This document shows positions 7,715-17,181 of a DNA stretch of 63,086 nucleotides, one piece after another. The translations under genes and the position numbers were made by a program. The stretch's first letter is position 1; each line of letters begins with the position of its first letter. Under the pieces are notes generated by a model. The model saw only the letters and a list, made by a program, of their open reading frames with translations. It was not told where the DNA came from and ran no database searches. This DNA is from an uncultured Gammaproteobacteria bacterium (lineage in GTDB: Bacteria; Patescibacteriota; Patescibacteriia; CAZBFB01): assembly GCA_964491085.1 (NCBI GenBank), contig CAZBFB010000046.1, forward strand, positions 1 through 63,086, in the 5' to 3' direction.

Positions 7715-8704
7715 TGATTTTTTGCCTTCAGACAAAGATAATCGTGCGATATCCGTTTGTACCATCATTCGTACCAAATCAGGGAAAGCAATCGTGGGAC
7801 TCCAATTGAGTTGGGTACGCGCTTTTGTGGAATCACCGTAATTTGCCCACAGCTCAGCGGGTCTTTTAAATTGACTATCGACACGGACGAACGGTTGCCA
7901 ATTATCTATCCCTACCGATGTAAACGCGATCTCAAGAAAATCTTTTAATGAGTGGGTTTCTCCGGTACATATAATATAATCATCCGGTAGCTTCGCCTGG
8001 AGCATACGCCACATCGCGTCAACATAATCTCCCGCAAATCCCCAGTCCCGTTTTGTGTCGAGATTGCCCAATGTTAGTTCACGGGTCATACCCAGTTTTA
8101 TTTTTGCCACACCGTCTGTAATTTTTCGCGTCACAAATTTTATATTTCTCAACGGACTTTCATGATTAAATGTAATGCCGTTTACGCCGAAGAGTCCATA
8201 ACCTTCTCTGAAATTTTTTACCAACCAATACGCGGCAACTTTTGAAACCGCATAAGGACTCCTTGGGGCAAGGGGTGTTTTTTCCGAGATAGAACCCTCT
8301 TGATTGCCAAACATCTCGCTGCTAGACGCCTGGTAATACTTTGTGTGGGGGGAGAGGTTTTTAATGGCATTTAGCAGGTGAAGGGTTCCCATGGCGTTTA
8401 CTTCCATGGTTAATGCGTTTTGTTCCCACGATGAGGCAACTGAAGACTTAGCTGCCAGATTATAAACTTCAGTGGGCTGTATTTGTGATATGAGTTCGCG
8501 GAGGCCGACACTGTCGGTCATATTGCCAAATACAAATTTGATTCGATCAGTAATGCCGAGGTAATCCGTAGTATAACCGCCATCGGTTTGTTTGCGATGA
8601 GTAAGCCCGTATACGATGTATCCTTTTTCTAAAAGAAATTTTGCCAGGTAAGGGCCATCCTGTCCCTGGATTCCGGTAACGAGCGCAATGTTAGGAGTAG
8701 ACAT
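7706..8704 (-). CDS. gmd: GDP-mannose 4,6-dehydratase (copy 1)
   Basis: ALVTGIQGQDGPYLAKFLLEKGY, YNLAA, SSSEMFG and SPYAVSK. Its 3' end overlaps the convergent GT2 gene by 9 nt. Confidence 0.85.
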   Translation of the reverse strand: MSTPNIALVTGIQGQDGPYLAKFLLEKGYIVYGLTHRKQTDGGYTTDYLGITDRIKFVFGNMTDSVGLRELISQIQPTEVYNLAAKSSVASSWEQNALTMEVNAMGTLHLLNAIKNLSPHTKYYQASSSEMFGNQEGSISEKTPLAPRSPYAVSKVAAYWLVKNFREGYGLFGVNGITFNHESPLRNIKFVTRKITDGVAKIKLGMTRELTLGNLDTKRDWGFAGDYVDAMWRMLQAKLPDDYIICTGETHSLKDFLEIAFTSVGIDNWQPFVRVDSQFKRPAELWANYGDSTKARTQLNWSPTIAFPDLVRMMVQTDIARLSLSEGKKSSL

Positions 8705-8712
8705 AGTAAAAG

Positions 8713-9816
8713 TTAAAAAATAGCCCGCGCTATTGCGGCATATGCCGCTTGGAACGTATACCGGCGGCTATCGTTCCATGCCGCAACACAATAACGCTTG
8801 TATGTTTCATTATCATGGAGAAGCTGAATAACATTGCAAGCAAGTGTTTCCGGATTATTCACTTTGCATACAATACCAGTAACGCCATCTTTGCAAGAAT
8901 CCCGTAAGCCATCAACATTATAGACGATTGCGGGCGTGCCTTGGCTATTAGCTTCGGTTACAATCAGACCCCAACCCTCCTTTACTGAGGTTGCTGCAAT
9001 AATGTGTGCTTTACTCATGAGTTCGAGTTTTTTTGCATGACTTACGCTTCCCCAATACATGATGTCATTTTTGCATGGTAATGATTGCAGTTGATTTAAG
9101 AAGGAATTAGCATATGACCCGCACCCTGATCCTGCAATCCATAACTGTAATTCAGGTATATGTTTTTTTGCAAGTAGGTATGCTTGTAAGACGTGATGGG
9201 GCCTCTTCATTTTTCTCAGTGAGCCAACGTAGAGAAGAACCGGTTTCCCAAATTTTTTTTGCTGGCGCAATGTTTCCACCGAGAGAGGCGGTGTTTCTAG
9301 TCCAATAGGGAATACACAGATATTAGTTGTAACATAGCCGTAGTGTATTAAATCTTGTTTTGTGCTTTCTGATTCAGTAAGCACAAAACGATTTTTGAGG
9401 CTGCGAAGATAGAGAGGTTCAAGGAGATATCCGAGTATATTAAGGGGAAAAGTCATTTGATAAAACCAAATATTATGGCAGAGTTGATAGATAAGCAGGA
9501 TATTTTTTTCTTGCACATACCATTTTAAAAAAAATGGTATAGTATTGACCTCGTCTATCGCTACATCAGCCCAGCCTTGTAAATGCTTTTTGTAGTATTG
9601 GTATGCTCGCAGGTATACGCTCCATTGATTTCCCAGCCGGACGATTTTATATCCATTGACATGCGCCTCGGCTGCTGAGCCGGGAAATCCTGTGACAATA
9701 AAAATTACATTATGACCATGCTGGACCAATTGGCTCGCAATACCCTCATTAACCTTTTCGGCTCCGCCCGCAAGCGGATGTGCGCTGTCTTTCCATGTAA
9801 ACCAGAGAATATTCAT
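8713..9816 (-). CDS. GT4-family (GT-B fold) glycosyltransferase
   Basis: C-terminal SVKEGWGLIVTEANSQGTPAIV (EX7E-type motif); 367 aa. Confidence 0.75.
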   Translation of the reverse strand: MNILWFTWKDSAHPLAGGAEKVNEGIASQLVQHGHNVIFIVTGFPGSAAEAHVNGYKIVRLGNQWSVYLRAYQYYKKHLQGWADVAIDEVNTIPFFLKWYVQEKNILLIYQLCHNIWFYQMTFPLNILGYLLEPLYLRSLKNRFVLTESESTKQDLIHYGYVTTNICVFPIGLETPPLSVETLRQQKKFGKPVLLYVGSLRKMKRPHHVLQAYLLAKKHIPELQLWIAGSGCGSYANSFLNQLQSLPCKNDIMYWGSVSHAKKLELMSKAHIIAATSVKEGWGLIVTEANSQGTPAIVYNVDGLRDSCKDGVTGIVCKVNNPETLACNVIQLLHDNETYKRYCVAAWNDSRRYTFQAAYAAIARAIF

Positions 9817-9891
9817 AGTTTGAAATATATCAAACTATGGCATGCCGATCAAATGGTCAAGGTGTATGCTGTTTTAGGCAACCACAGGTGA

Positions 9892-9920
9892 TTGACAGCT
9901 AAAATGATGTATGCTATAAA
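9892..9920 (+). promoter_or_regulatory. Putative promoter: TTGACA, 17-nt spacer, TGc-TATAAA
   Basis: Consensus -35 with an extended -10, upstream of the GC-rich three-gene island. Confidence 0.5.
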
Positions 9921-9949
9921 GTAACAAAACCAAGTCATAACGATTTGAT

Positions 9950-10540
9950 TTGATAAACCATGGCTCATTGAAAAAAAAGAGGTGCATCTTGGATATTCTA
10001 GCACGCAGTTATACCGAGGACGGCTATCAACCCATTCCGGCGGTACGTCTGTCGGATGACGAATACGGCCAAGGACTCCAGTGTTTCGCGCCGGCGTGTA
10101 GCGATGTGGTGCCGATTGACGTCGAGCGGAAAGTCATTTACCTCGCGCGTCGAGCGGCAAAGCCGATGACGGGGTGGTGGTGGATCGGTGGTCGCATGGC
10201 ACCCGACGATACCAAAGAAGCGGCCGCGGCCAGAAATTTTCAGCGCGAAACGAGATTGGTAATTACTGAAGACCGTCTCAAGTTGGTGGCGGTTTTCGAC
10301 TACCGCTGGAAAGATCGGGCACAGTCGCCGACGGAGATCGGTTGCCACATGGTCGCCTACACTTTCACCGTGGAACTCATGGCGGCAGAGTTGGCGACTC
10401 TTTCCGGCAATCTCGATCAGCAGGAATACGAGGCCGGGACTGGCCTGTCTGCGTTCAATCGCGAGCGACTGGTTGAAGAAAAAGTTTTTCCGGTCATTCT
10501 CGATTTCTACGATCGCGTGTTCCCGGCCGTAGCGGTTTGA
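9950..10540 (+). CDS. Nudix-fold protein, GDP-mannose mannosyl hydrolase (WcaH/NudD)-like, with a degenerate Nudix box
   Basis: KPMTGWWWIGGRMAPDDTKEAAAARNFQRETRL parallels [34 protein letters not shown] of WcaH (recalled from memory). The likelier start is TTG 9989, preceded by AAGAGG at 9977-9982. Confidence 0.45.
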   Translation: MINHGSLKKKRCILDILARSYTEDGYQPIPAVRLSDDEYGQGLQCFAPACSDVVPIDVERKVIYLARRAAKPMTGWWWIGGRMAPDDTKEAAAARNFQRETRLVITEDRLKLVAVFDYRWKDRAQSPTEIGCHMVAYTFTVELMAAELATLSGNLDQQEYEAGTGLSAFNRERLVEEKVFPVILDFYDRVFPAVAV

Positions 10541-10589
10541 TCGGCTAGGTTTTCATCCACCACAACACAAACTGCACAGGAGGAGAGTC

Positions 10590-11240
10590 ATGAAAAGAAT
10601 CGTGGCGTTAGTGGGTGGTCATATCCTCGCGGATACGGCTGGGTTTCGTACCAGCACGTATACTCCGGCCGATCTCGCCAATCCTTACGGGATTTTTGGA
10701 GACAACCTACGGGGAGAAGCTTCGGCAGTGTTGTATCGAGCAGCCCCCGAAAGGACGCAGGTGGTCGTGCTCGGGGGAGTGACACCGCTCCATAAGGAGA
10801 TGCCTGATGCGCCGCATCTTTCGGCCGTTATCAAAGAGGAAATGATCGCGGCGGGAGTGCCGGCATGGGCGATTACCGAAATCGACATGGATCCGGTGTG
10901 CGGGACTTTCAGGCAACTGACGGAGTTGGCCAAGTTTTTGGCACAAACGAGACGTGTTGAAGATGTCCTGATTGTGTCAAACGATTGGCAGCTCCCCCGC
11001 ATAAAGGCCATGATCGTTTTTCGGGATGAGCTCATGCTCTTGAGAAGTCATGAGCCCAGGACGCGGTGTGTGGCGGCGGAAGACGTGCTGGTTGGCACGA
11101 ATCCGGAGCGTTGGTACGACGAAATTTGTGCGGCGTATAACACGCCGGCTGTTCGCGCCACAATTGCCAAGGAACTCAACGGCGCGAAGATGATCGCGGA
11201 CGGGACGTATCAGTTCCCTACGACCCAACCTGCTCGTTAA
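10590..11240 (+). CDS. DUF218 / YdcF-family protein
   Basis: VVVLGG..., AGVPAWAI, and LIVSNDWQLPR (the family's H/Q-x-x-R motif region). A strong AGGAGG lies 6 nt upstream of the ATG. Confidence 0.55.
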   Translation: MKRIVALVGGHILADTAGFRTSTYTPADLANPYGIFGDNLRGEASAVLYRAAPERTQVVVLGGVTPLHKEMPDAPHLSAVIKEEMIAAGVPAWAITEIDMDPVCGTFRQLTELAKFLAQTRRVEDVLIVSNDWQLPRIKAMIVFRDELMLLRSHEPRTRCVAAEDVLVGTNPERWYDEICAAYNTPAVRATIAKELNGAKMIADGTYQFPTTQPAR

Positions 11241-11256
11241 CCAAACGGAGGCGATA

Positions 11257-11745
11257 ATGACCAGAGAAGAATTGGTGGCTTTGCTCCAGGGGATAAATCC
11301 CAGACAGTTCCGGCCGTATGGGACGGTGCTCTTTGAAGCGTTGGCGCGATGGATGCCGCCGGTCGCGTTCGAAATGGTCGCGTTGCGACGCAACGGGGAT
11401 GACGTGGAAGTGTTTATGACCTTGCGCAGACCGGATGAGTCCTATGCCGATCAGTGGCACAGCCCCGGCTCGGTCATGCGCTATGGTGAGCAGGAGGAGG
11501 ATGTGTTCCGGCGATTGGCCGAGAGTGAGTTTGGCACGAATGACTTGGGCCAGCCGGTTCTGGTGGGGGTGTTCAATAACACGACTGAAGAACGCGGACA
11601 CTTCTATTGCCCCGTGTATCTTTGCCAGATCGGCGCCACTTCCATGGGGAGATGGTTCCGAGTGGACGATCTGCCTGCCAACACCGTCAGGCACCATCGC
11701 GAAAAAATTATCCCGATCGCGTTGCGTGCCTTCAACCAGCGCTAG
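11257..11745 (+). CDS. Nudix hydrolase (WcaH-like arrangement)
   Basis: WHSPGSVMRYGEQEEDVFRRLAESEFG approximates the Nudix box GX5EX7REUXEEXGU. GGAGG lies 5 nt upstream of the ATG. Confidence 0.55.
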   Translation: MTREELVALLQGINPRQFRPYGTVLFEALARWMPPVAFEMVALRRNGDDVEVFMTLRRPDESYADQWHSPGSVMRYGEQEEDVFRRLAESEFGTNDLGQPVLVGVFNNTTEERGHFYCPVYLCQIGATSMGRWFRVDDLPANTVRHHREKIIPIALRAFNQR

Positions 11746-11762
11746 TGCTACGCGCTATTTCT

Positions 11763-11800
11763 GAACTCTTTTTTCGCTACGAGCGGAGAAAGAGTTTTTT
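11763..11800. terminator. Rho-independent terminator between convergent genes
   Basis: Stem aactcttt / aaagagtt with an inner cgct/agcg pairing, followed by a T run and attttat. Confidence 0.55.
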
Positions 11801-12380
11801 ATTTTATACCAAAATCATCCGATTCCGGTCGAGTCAGCCAGGCCGCGAGCGATGAGGCGTTGGCGTCTCGGGGAGACAGATTAGGGTTTTCTATCGGCCA
11901 GGTGATGCCGATAGCTGGATCATTCCAGATTATATTTGATTCGCCTAGTGGATTGTAGAGGGCGGTATATTGATACTCAACATCAACCCCGTCGCCTCGA
12001 GTACAAAATCCGCTGGCAAATCCAGGAGGCACAAAAAGCATTTTTTTATTTTTGGAGGAGAGTTCGGTGCTGAACCATTTTTTGCAGGTAGCAGATTTTT
12101 TTCGAATATCAACTGCCACCACAAATGCTTGTCCGGAAATGATTCGGATTAGCTTGCCTAGTGGTTTGTCCCATTGGAAATGTAGTCCTCGTAGTACGCC
12201 CGGTTTAGAAAAGCTGTGATTCGCTTGCACAAAGACGGCATCAATTCCTTGCGCAGCTAGAGCGTCTTGCCGATATATCTCAAGAAAAAATCCGCGCTCA
12301 TCGGCCATGATTTTGGGTTCTATCACGACCAGGCCGTTAAGAGGGGTTGGTGTAATTTGCATCATAGGTAATGAGCGCAA
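11799..12380 (-). CDS. rfbC: dTDP-4-dehydrorhamnose 3,5-epimerase
   Basis: ERGFFLEIYR, GVLRGLHFQ, VAVDIRK and PPGFASGF motifs. The start may instead be the ATG at 12365 or 12362. Confidence 0.85.
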   Translation of the reverse strand: MRSLPMMQITPTPLNGLVVIEPKIMADERGFFLEIYRQDALAAQGIDAVFVQANHSFSKPGVLRGLHFQWDKPLGKLIRIISGQAFVVAVDIRKKSATCKKWFSTELSSKNKKMLFVPPGFASGFCTRGDGVDVEYQYTALYNPLGESNIIWNDPAIGITWPIENPNLSPRDANASSLAAWLTRPESDDFGIK

Positions 12381-12383
12381 GCA

Positions 12384-13457
12384 TTACGAGCTGGGATGCG
12401 CGCGATACCAGTTAATGGTTGCTTCTAGACCTTGAGGCACATCATGCGCCGGCCGCCAGGTAAAATGTGAAAAGGTTTTAGTCATATCTGCTTGCCAAGC
12501 ATCACTATCATAGGCAACCGAATGGAAACTACCCCATTGCATTGGGCTGGTTGATTTTGTTAAATGCAGAGTTGTCTTTACGACTTCCGCCAGCGTTGTT
12601 TTTGTGCCCGTTCCCACCTGGAAAATTTCGCCAGGATAGTGGGCCGCTTTTGTCATTGCTTCCATGTATATATCAACGATATCTTCAACAAAAATAAAAT
12701 CGCGGGCGATGGTTGGTCTGGTTAGTGACACGGCTTCACCCCGGAGCGCATGTACGATCAGTTCATACACCAGCCGTCCGCGTTCCATGGCCGGTCCGTA
12801 GGGACTAAAAATACGGAAAGTAATAATCGGTTTTTTTTCTTGACGCGCCAGCGCTTGTCCATAAAGTGTCGAGGCCAGTTTAGTGATGCTATAGACCTCT
12901 CCCGGCTCACACCGATCCGTTTCTCGAACCGGATGATCTTGTACGCCGTACTCCAGAAAACTACCGGTGTTTATAAAAAATTTATAATCAATTTCCTGTA
13001 GGGCGCGCAACAGATTGGCCGTACCTAAAAAATTTACTCGCATCAGATCATCGTCTGGGGCATTGATCCCGCTTTTGATGTTTGATGCGGCCAAATGAAA
13101 CACGCCGCTAGGTTGTAGATCGCGTACTAATTTTTCAATCCCCAGGATATCAGTGAGGTCGCCATAACAGCACTGCACATGAGGCAGGAGGTCCGTAATC
13201 CGCCATGTATCTGTTGAATGTTTTAACAGGATCGCGACCGGACAGTTAGCACCGACGAGTCGACGGAGTAGAGCCGAGCCCATGAAACCAGCGGCGCCAG
13301 TTATAAAGATAGGTTGTGCGGCTGTAATCACAAAGTATGGCGTAAATGATTTATTATTTATACAGGTAAATATAGGTAGGGTCAAGTTAGGTTGTGCATA
13401 TTTGGTATGTTGCCAATGGTAATAATGGTGTGCTATAGTTTTTTTAATTCTTAACAT
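12384..13457 (-). CDS. NAD-dependent epimerase/dehydratase (extended SDR)
   Basis: FITGAAGFMGSAL and YSITK catalytic motifs. The roughly 45-aa N-terminal extension looks non-native; a GTG at 13331 just before the Rossmann motif is a plausible true start. Confidence 0.75.
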   Translation of the reverse strand: MLRIKKTIAHHYYHWQHTKYAQPNLTLPIFTCINNKSFTPYFVITAAQPIFITGAAGFMGSALLRRLVGANCPVAILLKHSTDTWRITDLLPHVQCCYGDLTDILGIEKLVRDLQPSGVFHLAASNIKSGINAPDDDLMRVNFLGTANLLRALQEIDYKFFINTGSFLEYGVQDHPVRETDRCEPGEVYSITKLASTLYGQALARQEKKPIITFRIFSPYGPAMERGRLVYELIVHALRGEAVSLTRPTIARDFIFVEDIVDIYMEAMTKAAHYPGEIFQVGTGTKTTLAEVVKTTLHLTKSTSPMQWGSFHSVAYDSDAWQADMTKTFSHFTWRPAHDVPQGLEATINWYRAHPSS

Positions 13458-13478
13458 TTAAGTAGAGTTTATAGGGAT

Positions 13479-14531
13479 ATGATTATCAACAGTGATGTAG
13501 AAAAAAAAGAGCAAGAGTATTTTTGGAAGAACAGACGTGTACTTATTACTGGCGCCAATGGTTTTCTGGCTAGTTGGGTGACTAAAGAATTGCTTGGTTA
13601 TGGCGCGCATATTGTTTCTTTGGTATTTGCCAAGAATCCGCTCTCTATTTTTGAGCAGGAACGTTTAGATAAAACCACCGAAACTATTTATGGCGATGTG
13701 CTGGATTTTGCGTTGCTAAAACGTATGATTGAGACCTATAAAATCCAAACCGTGTTTCATCTTGGCGCTCAGCCAATTTGCGCGGCCGCCGAAGCTGATC
13801 CGCTGACAACACTCGATATCAATATTAAAGGGACCTATCATGTACTGGAAGCGGTGCGGCAGGTTTCTCCGACCACGCATGTTTTAGTGGCTTCTTCTGA
13901 TAAGGCCTATGGTATTCACGAACAGTTGCCCTATGAAGAGCACTATCCCTTACACGGAGAGTATCCATATGAAGTGTCAAAAACATGCGCTGATTTAGTC
14001 AGTATGATGTATTGGCATACCTATAAGATTCCGGTTTGTGTAGTGCGTTGCGGTAATTTTTATGGCGGTGGGGATGCGCATTTTTCACGTTTGATACCCA
14101 ACACAATTAAATGTGCCTACTATAATAATCCCCCACTCCTTATTAGAAATGATTTACGGGATTATCTTTATGTTGAAGATGCTGCGCGGGGCTATGTATT
14201 GCTGGCTGAAAAAATGGCACGCGGCGCGGTATTAGGTGAGGCTTTTAATTTTGGCACCGAACAACCGCGCACGGTGGTAGATGTGATGGAAACGATCTTA
14301 CGTTTGATGGGTAAGCCACATTTACGGCCCCAGATTTCAGACAAGCCACGACTGGGAATTCCTAGCCAGTATCTTTCTTATAAGAAAGCCAAGCAGTTTT
14401 TGGGGTGGGAGCCACTAGTTTCATTTGAAGACGGTTTACAAAAAACGATTGCTTGGTATAGCGATTATTTTAATAAAGGAGTGCCAGCATCTTTACCGGT
14501 ATTTAGTATTCATCATCAGGACCTCGTATGA
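13479..14531 (+). CDS. NDP-hexose (CDP-glucose-type) 4,6-dehydratase, module 1
   Basis: FWKNRRVLITGANGF N-terminus typical of RfbG-like enzymes; SSDKAYG, YPYEVSK. It is collinear with the ORF at 17885..18859. Confidence 0.7.
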   Translation: MIINSDVEKKEQEYFWKNRRVLITGANGFLASWVTKELLGYGAHIVSLVFAKNPLSIFEQERLDKTTETIYGDVLDFALLKRMIETYKIQTVFHLGAQPICAAAEADPLTTLDINIKGTYHVLEAVRQVSPTTHVLVASSDKAYGIHEQLPYEEHYPLHGEYPYEVSKTCADLVSMMYWHTYKIPVCVVRCGNFYGGGDAHFSRLIPNTIKCAYYNNPPLLIRNDLRDYLYVEDAARGYVLLAEKMARGAVLGEAFNFGTEQPRTVVDVMETILRLMGKPHLRPQISDKPRLGIPSQYLSYKKAKQFLGWEPLVSFEDGLQKTIAWYSDYFNKGVPASLPVFSIHHQDLV

Positions 14532-15763
14532 AAAATAAAAAAAGCAAAGTCAGTCAGCAAACGATGCGCGTAAGTTATGCTAAGGCGGTGTTTGGTAAAG
14601 AAGAAATTGAGAGTGTAAACAAAGTACTTTCTACGCCGATGATTGTGGCCGGGCCTTATGTGAAAGAGTTTCAACAAAAAGTAGCCGGACTGTTTGCTAA
14701 AAGTTATGGAGTAATGGTGAATTCTGGTTCTTCGGCCAATCTTATTGCCTTCGAATTATTAAGATTACCAGCCGGATCAGAGGTTATTACCCCGGCGCTT
14801 ACCTTTAGCACTACCGTGGCGCCGATTTTACAGAAAGGATTAACTCCGGTACTAGCCGATGTGGACGAAGGTACTTATCAAATAAATATAGATCAGGTCG
14901 AGCAGTTGATTACCAAAAAAACGCGAGCCCTGATGATTCCATCTTTGATTGGAAATATACCAGATTATCCACGGTTGCGCCGAATTGCTAACAAGCATAA
15001 GCTGTATCTCATTGAGGATTCGTGCGATACTTTAGGACCGACCATTGCGGGAAAATCTACCGGGGTATATTCCGATATCTCAACGACCAGTTTTTATGGA
15101 TCGCATATGATTACTGCTGGGGGAAGCGGGGGAGTGATTTCCGTAAATAATAAGGCCTGGTATGAGCGAGCGATGATGTTGGTGGGGTGGGGGCGTTCCT
15201 CGGCAAAAAACGAGACGGAAAATCCGGCCGAGCGTTTCAATGTTTCGCTGTATGGAGTGCCTTACGATCGTAAATTTATTTTTGAAGAGATCGGATATAA
15301 TTTTCAATCAACCGATATTAATGCCGCGTTTGGTCTGGCGCAGTTGAATCGGTTGAAAGAATTTTCCAATCGCCGGAAAAGTAACTTTCGCACCTTGCTG
15401 GCTTTTTTTAAACGTTATGAGCAATTTTTTATTTTACCAAAACAAAATCCTTTGGCCGAAACTCCCTGGTTGGCATTTCCGCTTACTTTAAAAGAGGGAG
15501 CGCCGTTTACGCGCATTGATTTTGTGAAATATCTCGAAGGATGCAACATACAAACCCGGCCAATTTTTACCGGCAATATCCGGCGGCAACCCGCTTATCG
15601 GTCTAGCGCTCTGAAGACCCGGCGGGAAGGTTATCCGGTAGCTGATTATATTATGCGCCATGCTTTGCTGATTGGCTGTCATCAAGGTATGGGTGAACCG
15701 GAAATTAACTATATAAAAGAAGCGTGTCTTAATTTTTTTAAACGACTAAAACGTGCACGATAA
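14528..15763 (+). CDS. DegT/RfbH-family PLP/PMP enzyme with His at the catalytic Lys position (sugar 3-dehydratase-like), module 1
   Basis: SFYGSHMITAGGSGG (His where aminotransferases have Lys). YDRKFIFEEIGYNFQSTDINAAFGLAQLNRL resembles RfbH. There are no Cys residues in the GWGRSSAKNETENPAERF segment. Confidence 0.7.
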   Translation: MKNKKSKVSQQTMRVSYAKAVFGKEEIESVNKVLSTPMIVAGPYVKEFQQKVAGLFAKSYGVMVNSGSSANLIAFELLRLPAGSEVITPALTFSTTVAPILQKGLTPVLADVDEGTYQINIDQVEQLITKKTRALMIPSLIGNIPDYPRLRRIANKHKLYLIEDSCDTLGPTIAGKSTGVYSDISTTSFYGSHMITAGGSGGVISVNNKAWYERAMMLVGWGRSSAKNETENPAERFNVSLYGVPYDRKFIFEEIGYNFQSTDINAAFGLAQLNRLKEFSNRRKSNFRTLLAFFKRYEQFFILPKQNPLAETPWLAFPLTLKEGAPFTRIDFVKYLEGCNIQTRPIFTGNIRRQPAYRSSALKTRREGYPVADYIMRHALLIGCHQGMGEPEINYIKEACLNFFKRLKRAR

Positions 15764-15776
15764 TATCGGGACAGTT

Positions 15777-16342
15777 ATGCGTTCCGTCGACATTTTGATT
15801 ACCGGCATTACCGGGTTTATTGGTCAGCATTTAGCCAATGTTTTGCAGGCCCAAGGCGCCAATGTTACCGGTATTACGAGCCAGTCAGATAAGGCGTCTC
15901 GCGGGGTTGCTTGTATTGATTTACGTGACCATGCCCGTCTTCGTGAACATATTCAAACCATTCGTCCCGCGATTATTTTTCATTTAGGAGCGCATGTGGC
16001 TCTTGATAGGAACTACGAGACCGCGCGTAGTTGTGTGGAAGCCAATATTCAAGGGACGTTTAATTTACTCGATGCCGTTACTTCTTTGTCAGCTACGGTT
16101 AAACGCGTTGTGTTTTTAAGTACGGAAGAAGTGTACGGTAGCAGTCCGATACCGTATCAAGAAGATCAGCCAGTATTTCCGCTATCAAGTATGGTGCGAT
16201 TCCAGAACGGATTGGCGAGGCGGCTGTTTGGCAGTCGGACATTACCAAAGCTAATAAATTATTGCGGTGGACGCCTTTAATCTCTTTGACAGACGGTCTT
16301 ACAAAAACGATTGCCTATTATCGAGAGGCGCTCTTAACATGA
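15777..16342 (+). pseudogene. Decayed SDR epimerase/dehydratase gene with an internal deletion and frameshift
   Basis: The N-terminal roughly 140 aa (ITGITGFIGQHL ... EDQPVFPLS) are in one frame. The C-terminal tail (IPERIGEAAVWQSDITKANKLLRWTPLISLTDGLTKTIAYYREAL*) is in another frame. The roughly 130 aa catalytic middle is missing. Confidence 0.75.
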
Positions 16343-16349
16343 AGATATT

Positions 16350-17162
16350 ATGAGTTTACTGGTGACGGTGGTGGTGCCCACTTGTAATTCAGCCCGATTT
16401 TTGGAACGCTGTCTGGCGAGCATTAAGAATCAGACGTATTCTCATATTGAATTGATTGTGGTTGACGAGTATAGTGTTGATGCTACGCTTGCGATCGCCA
16501 AACGATATGCTAGCGCGATATATTCCGGCGGACCAGAGCGCAGTATTAAAAGAAACATCGGGATTGAACAGGCCAAAGGCGAGCTCGTGTTTATTATTGA
16601 TTCCGACATGGTACTTAGTTCTTTGGCAGTGGCGGAAGGCGTTGCGGCGATGAAGGACGAGTCAGTTGGCGGGGTTGTGATGCCGGAAATTTCTCAAGGC
16701 GAAGGCTTTTGGGCGCGTTGCATTACCCTTGATCGGGCGCTTCGATTTTGTGGTAATACACCTACCATTGGTGAAGCCGCGCGGTGTTTTCGTAAAGCCG
16801 AAGTTAAAAAAATAGGCGGGTATGATCCGGAGATAGTTGGTGCCGAAGATTGGGATTTGCACAACCGCATGGTACGCTTTGGACATTTTGTAAAAATTAA
16901 AGCGCCCATATACCATCAGGAAGGACGGGTATCACTTTACAAACGAATTAAGAAAAAGTATTATTACAGCCGATCGTTTCGTATCTATCTGAAACGATAT
17001 CCTAGGATTGCCGCGCTACAATTTTCTCCATTTAAGTGGGCGTATATTCGCGGCTTCTGTAGGGTTTTTAGACACCCCGCGCTGGGGATTGGCCTGATTA
17101 TTCTTAAGGGTGGAGAAGCGGTTGCTGGATTTGCGGGGTTGGTATTTTATCGTAAAGGATAA
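16350..17162 (+). CDS. GT2-family glycosyltransferase
   Basis: VVVPTCNSARFLERCLASIKNQTY, VVDEYSVD and IIDSDM motifs. Confidence 0.8.
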   Translation: MSLLVTVVVPTCNSARFLERCLASIKNQTYSHIELIVVDEYSVDATLAIAKRYASAIYSGGPERSIKRNIGIEQAKGELVFIIDSDMVLSSLAVAEGVAAMKDESVGGVVMPEISQGEGFWARCITLDRALRFCGNTPTIGEAARCFRKAEVKKIGGYDPEIVGAEDWDLHNRMVRFGHFVKIKAPIYHQEGRVSLYKRIKKKYYYSRSFRIYLKRYPRIAALQFSPFKWAYIRGFCRVFRHPALGIGLIILKGGEAVAGFAGLVFYRKG

Positions 17163-17181
17163 TTGGTATTAACAATTTGGT

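Noticed and set aside
10977-11697. Minus-strand ORFs 10977..11393 and 11218..11697 within the GC-rich island
   Set aside because: High GC produces long open antisense frames. The + strand ORFs have SD sites and recognisable Nudix and DUF218 motifs, while the antisense ORFs have none.
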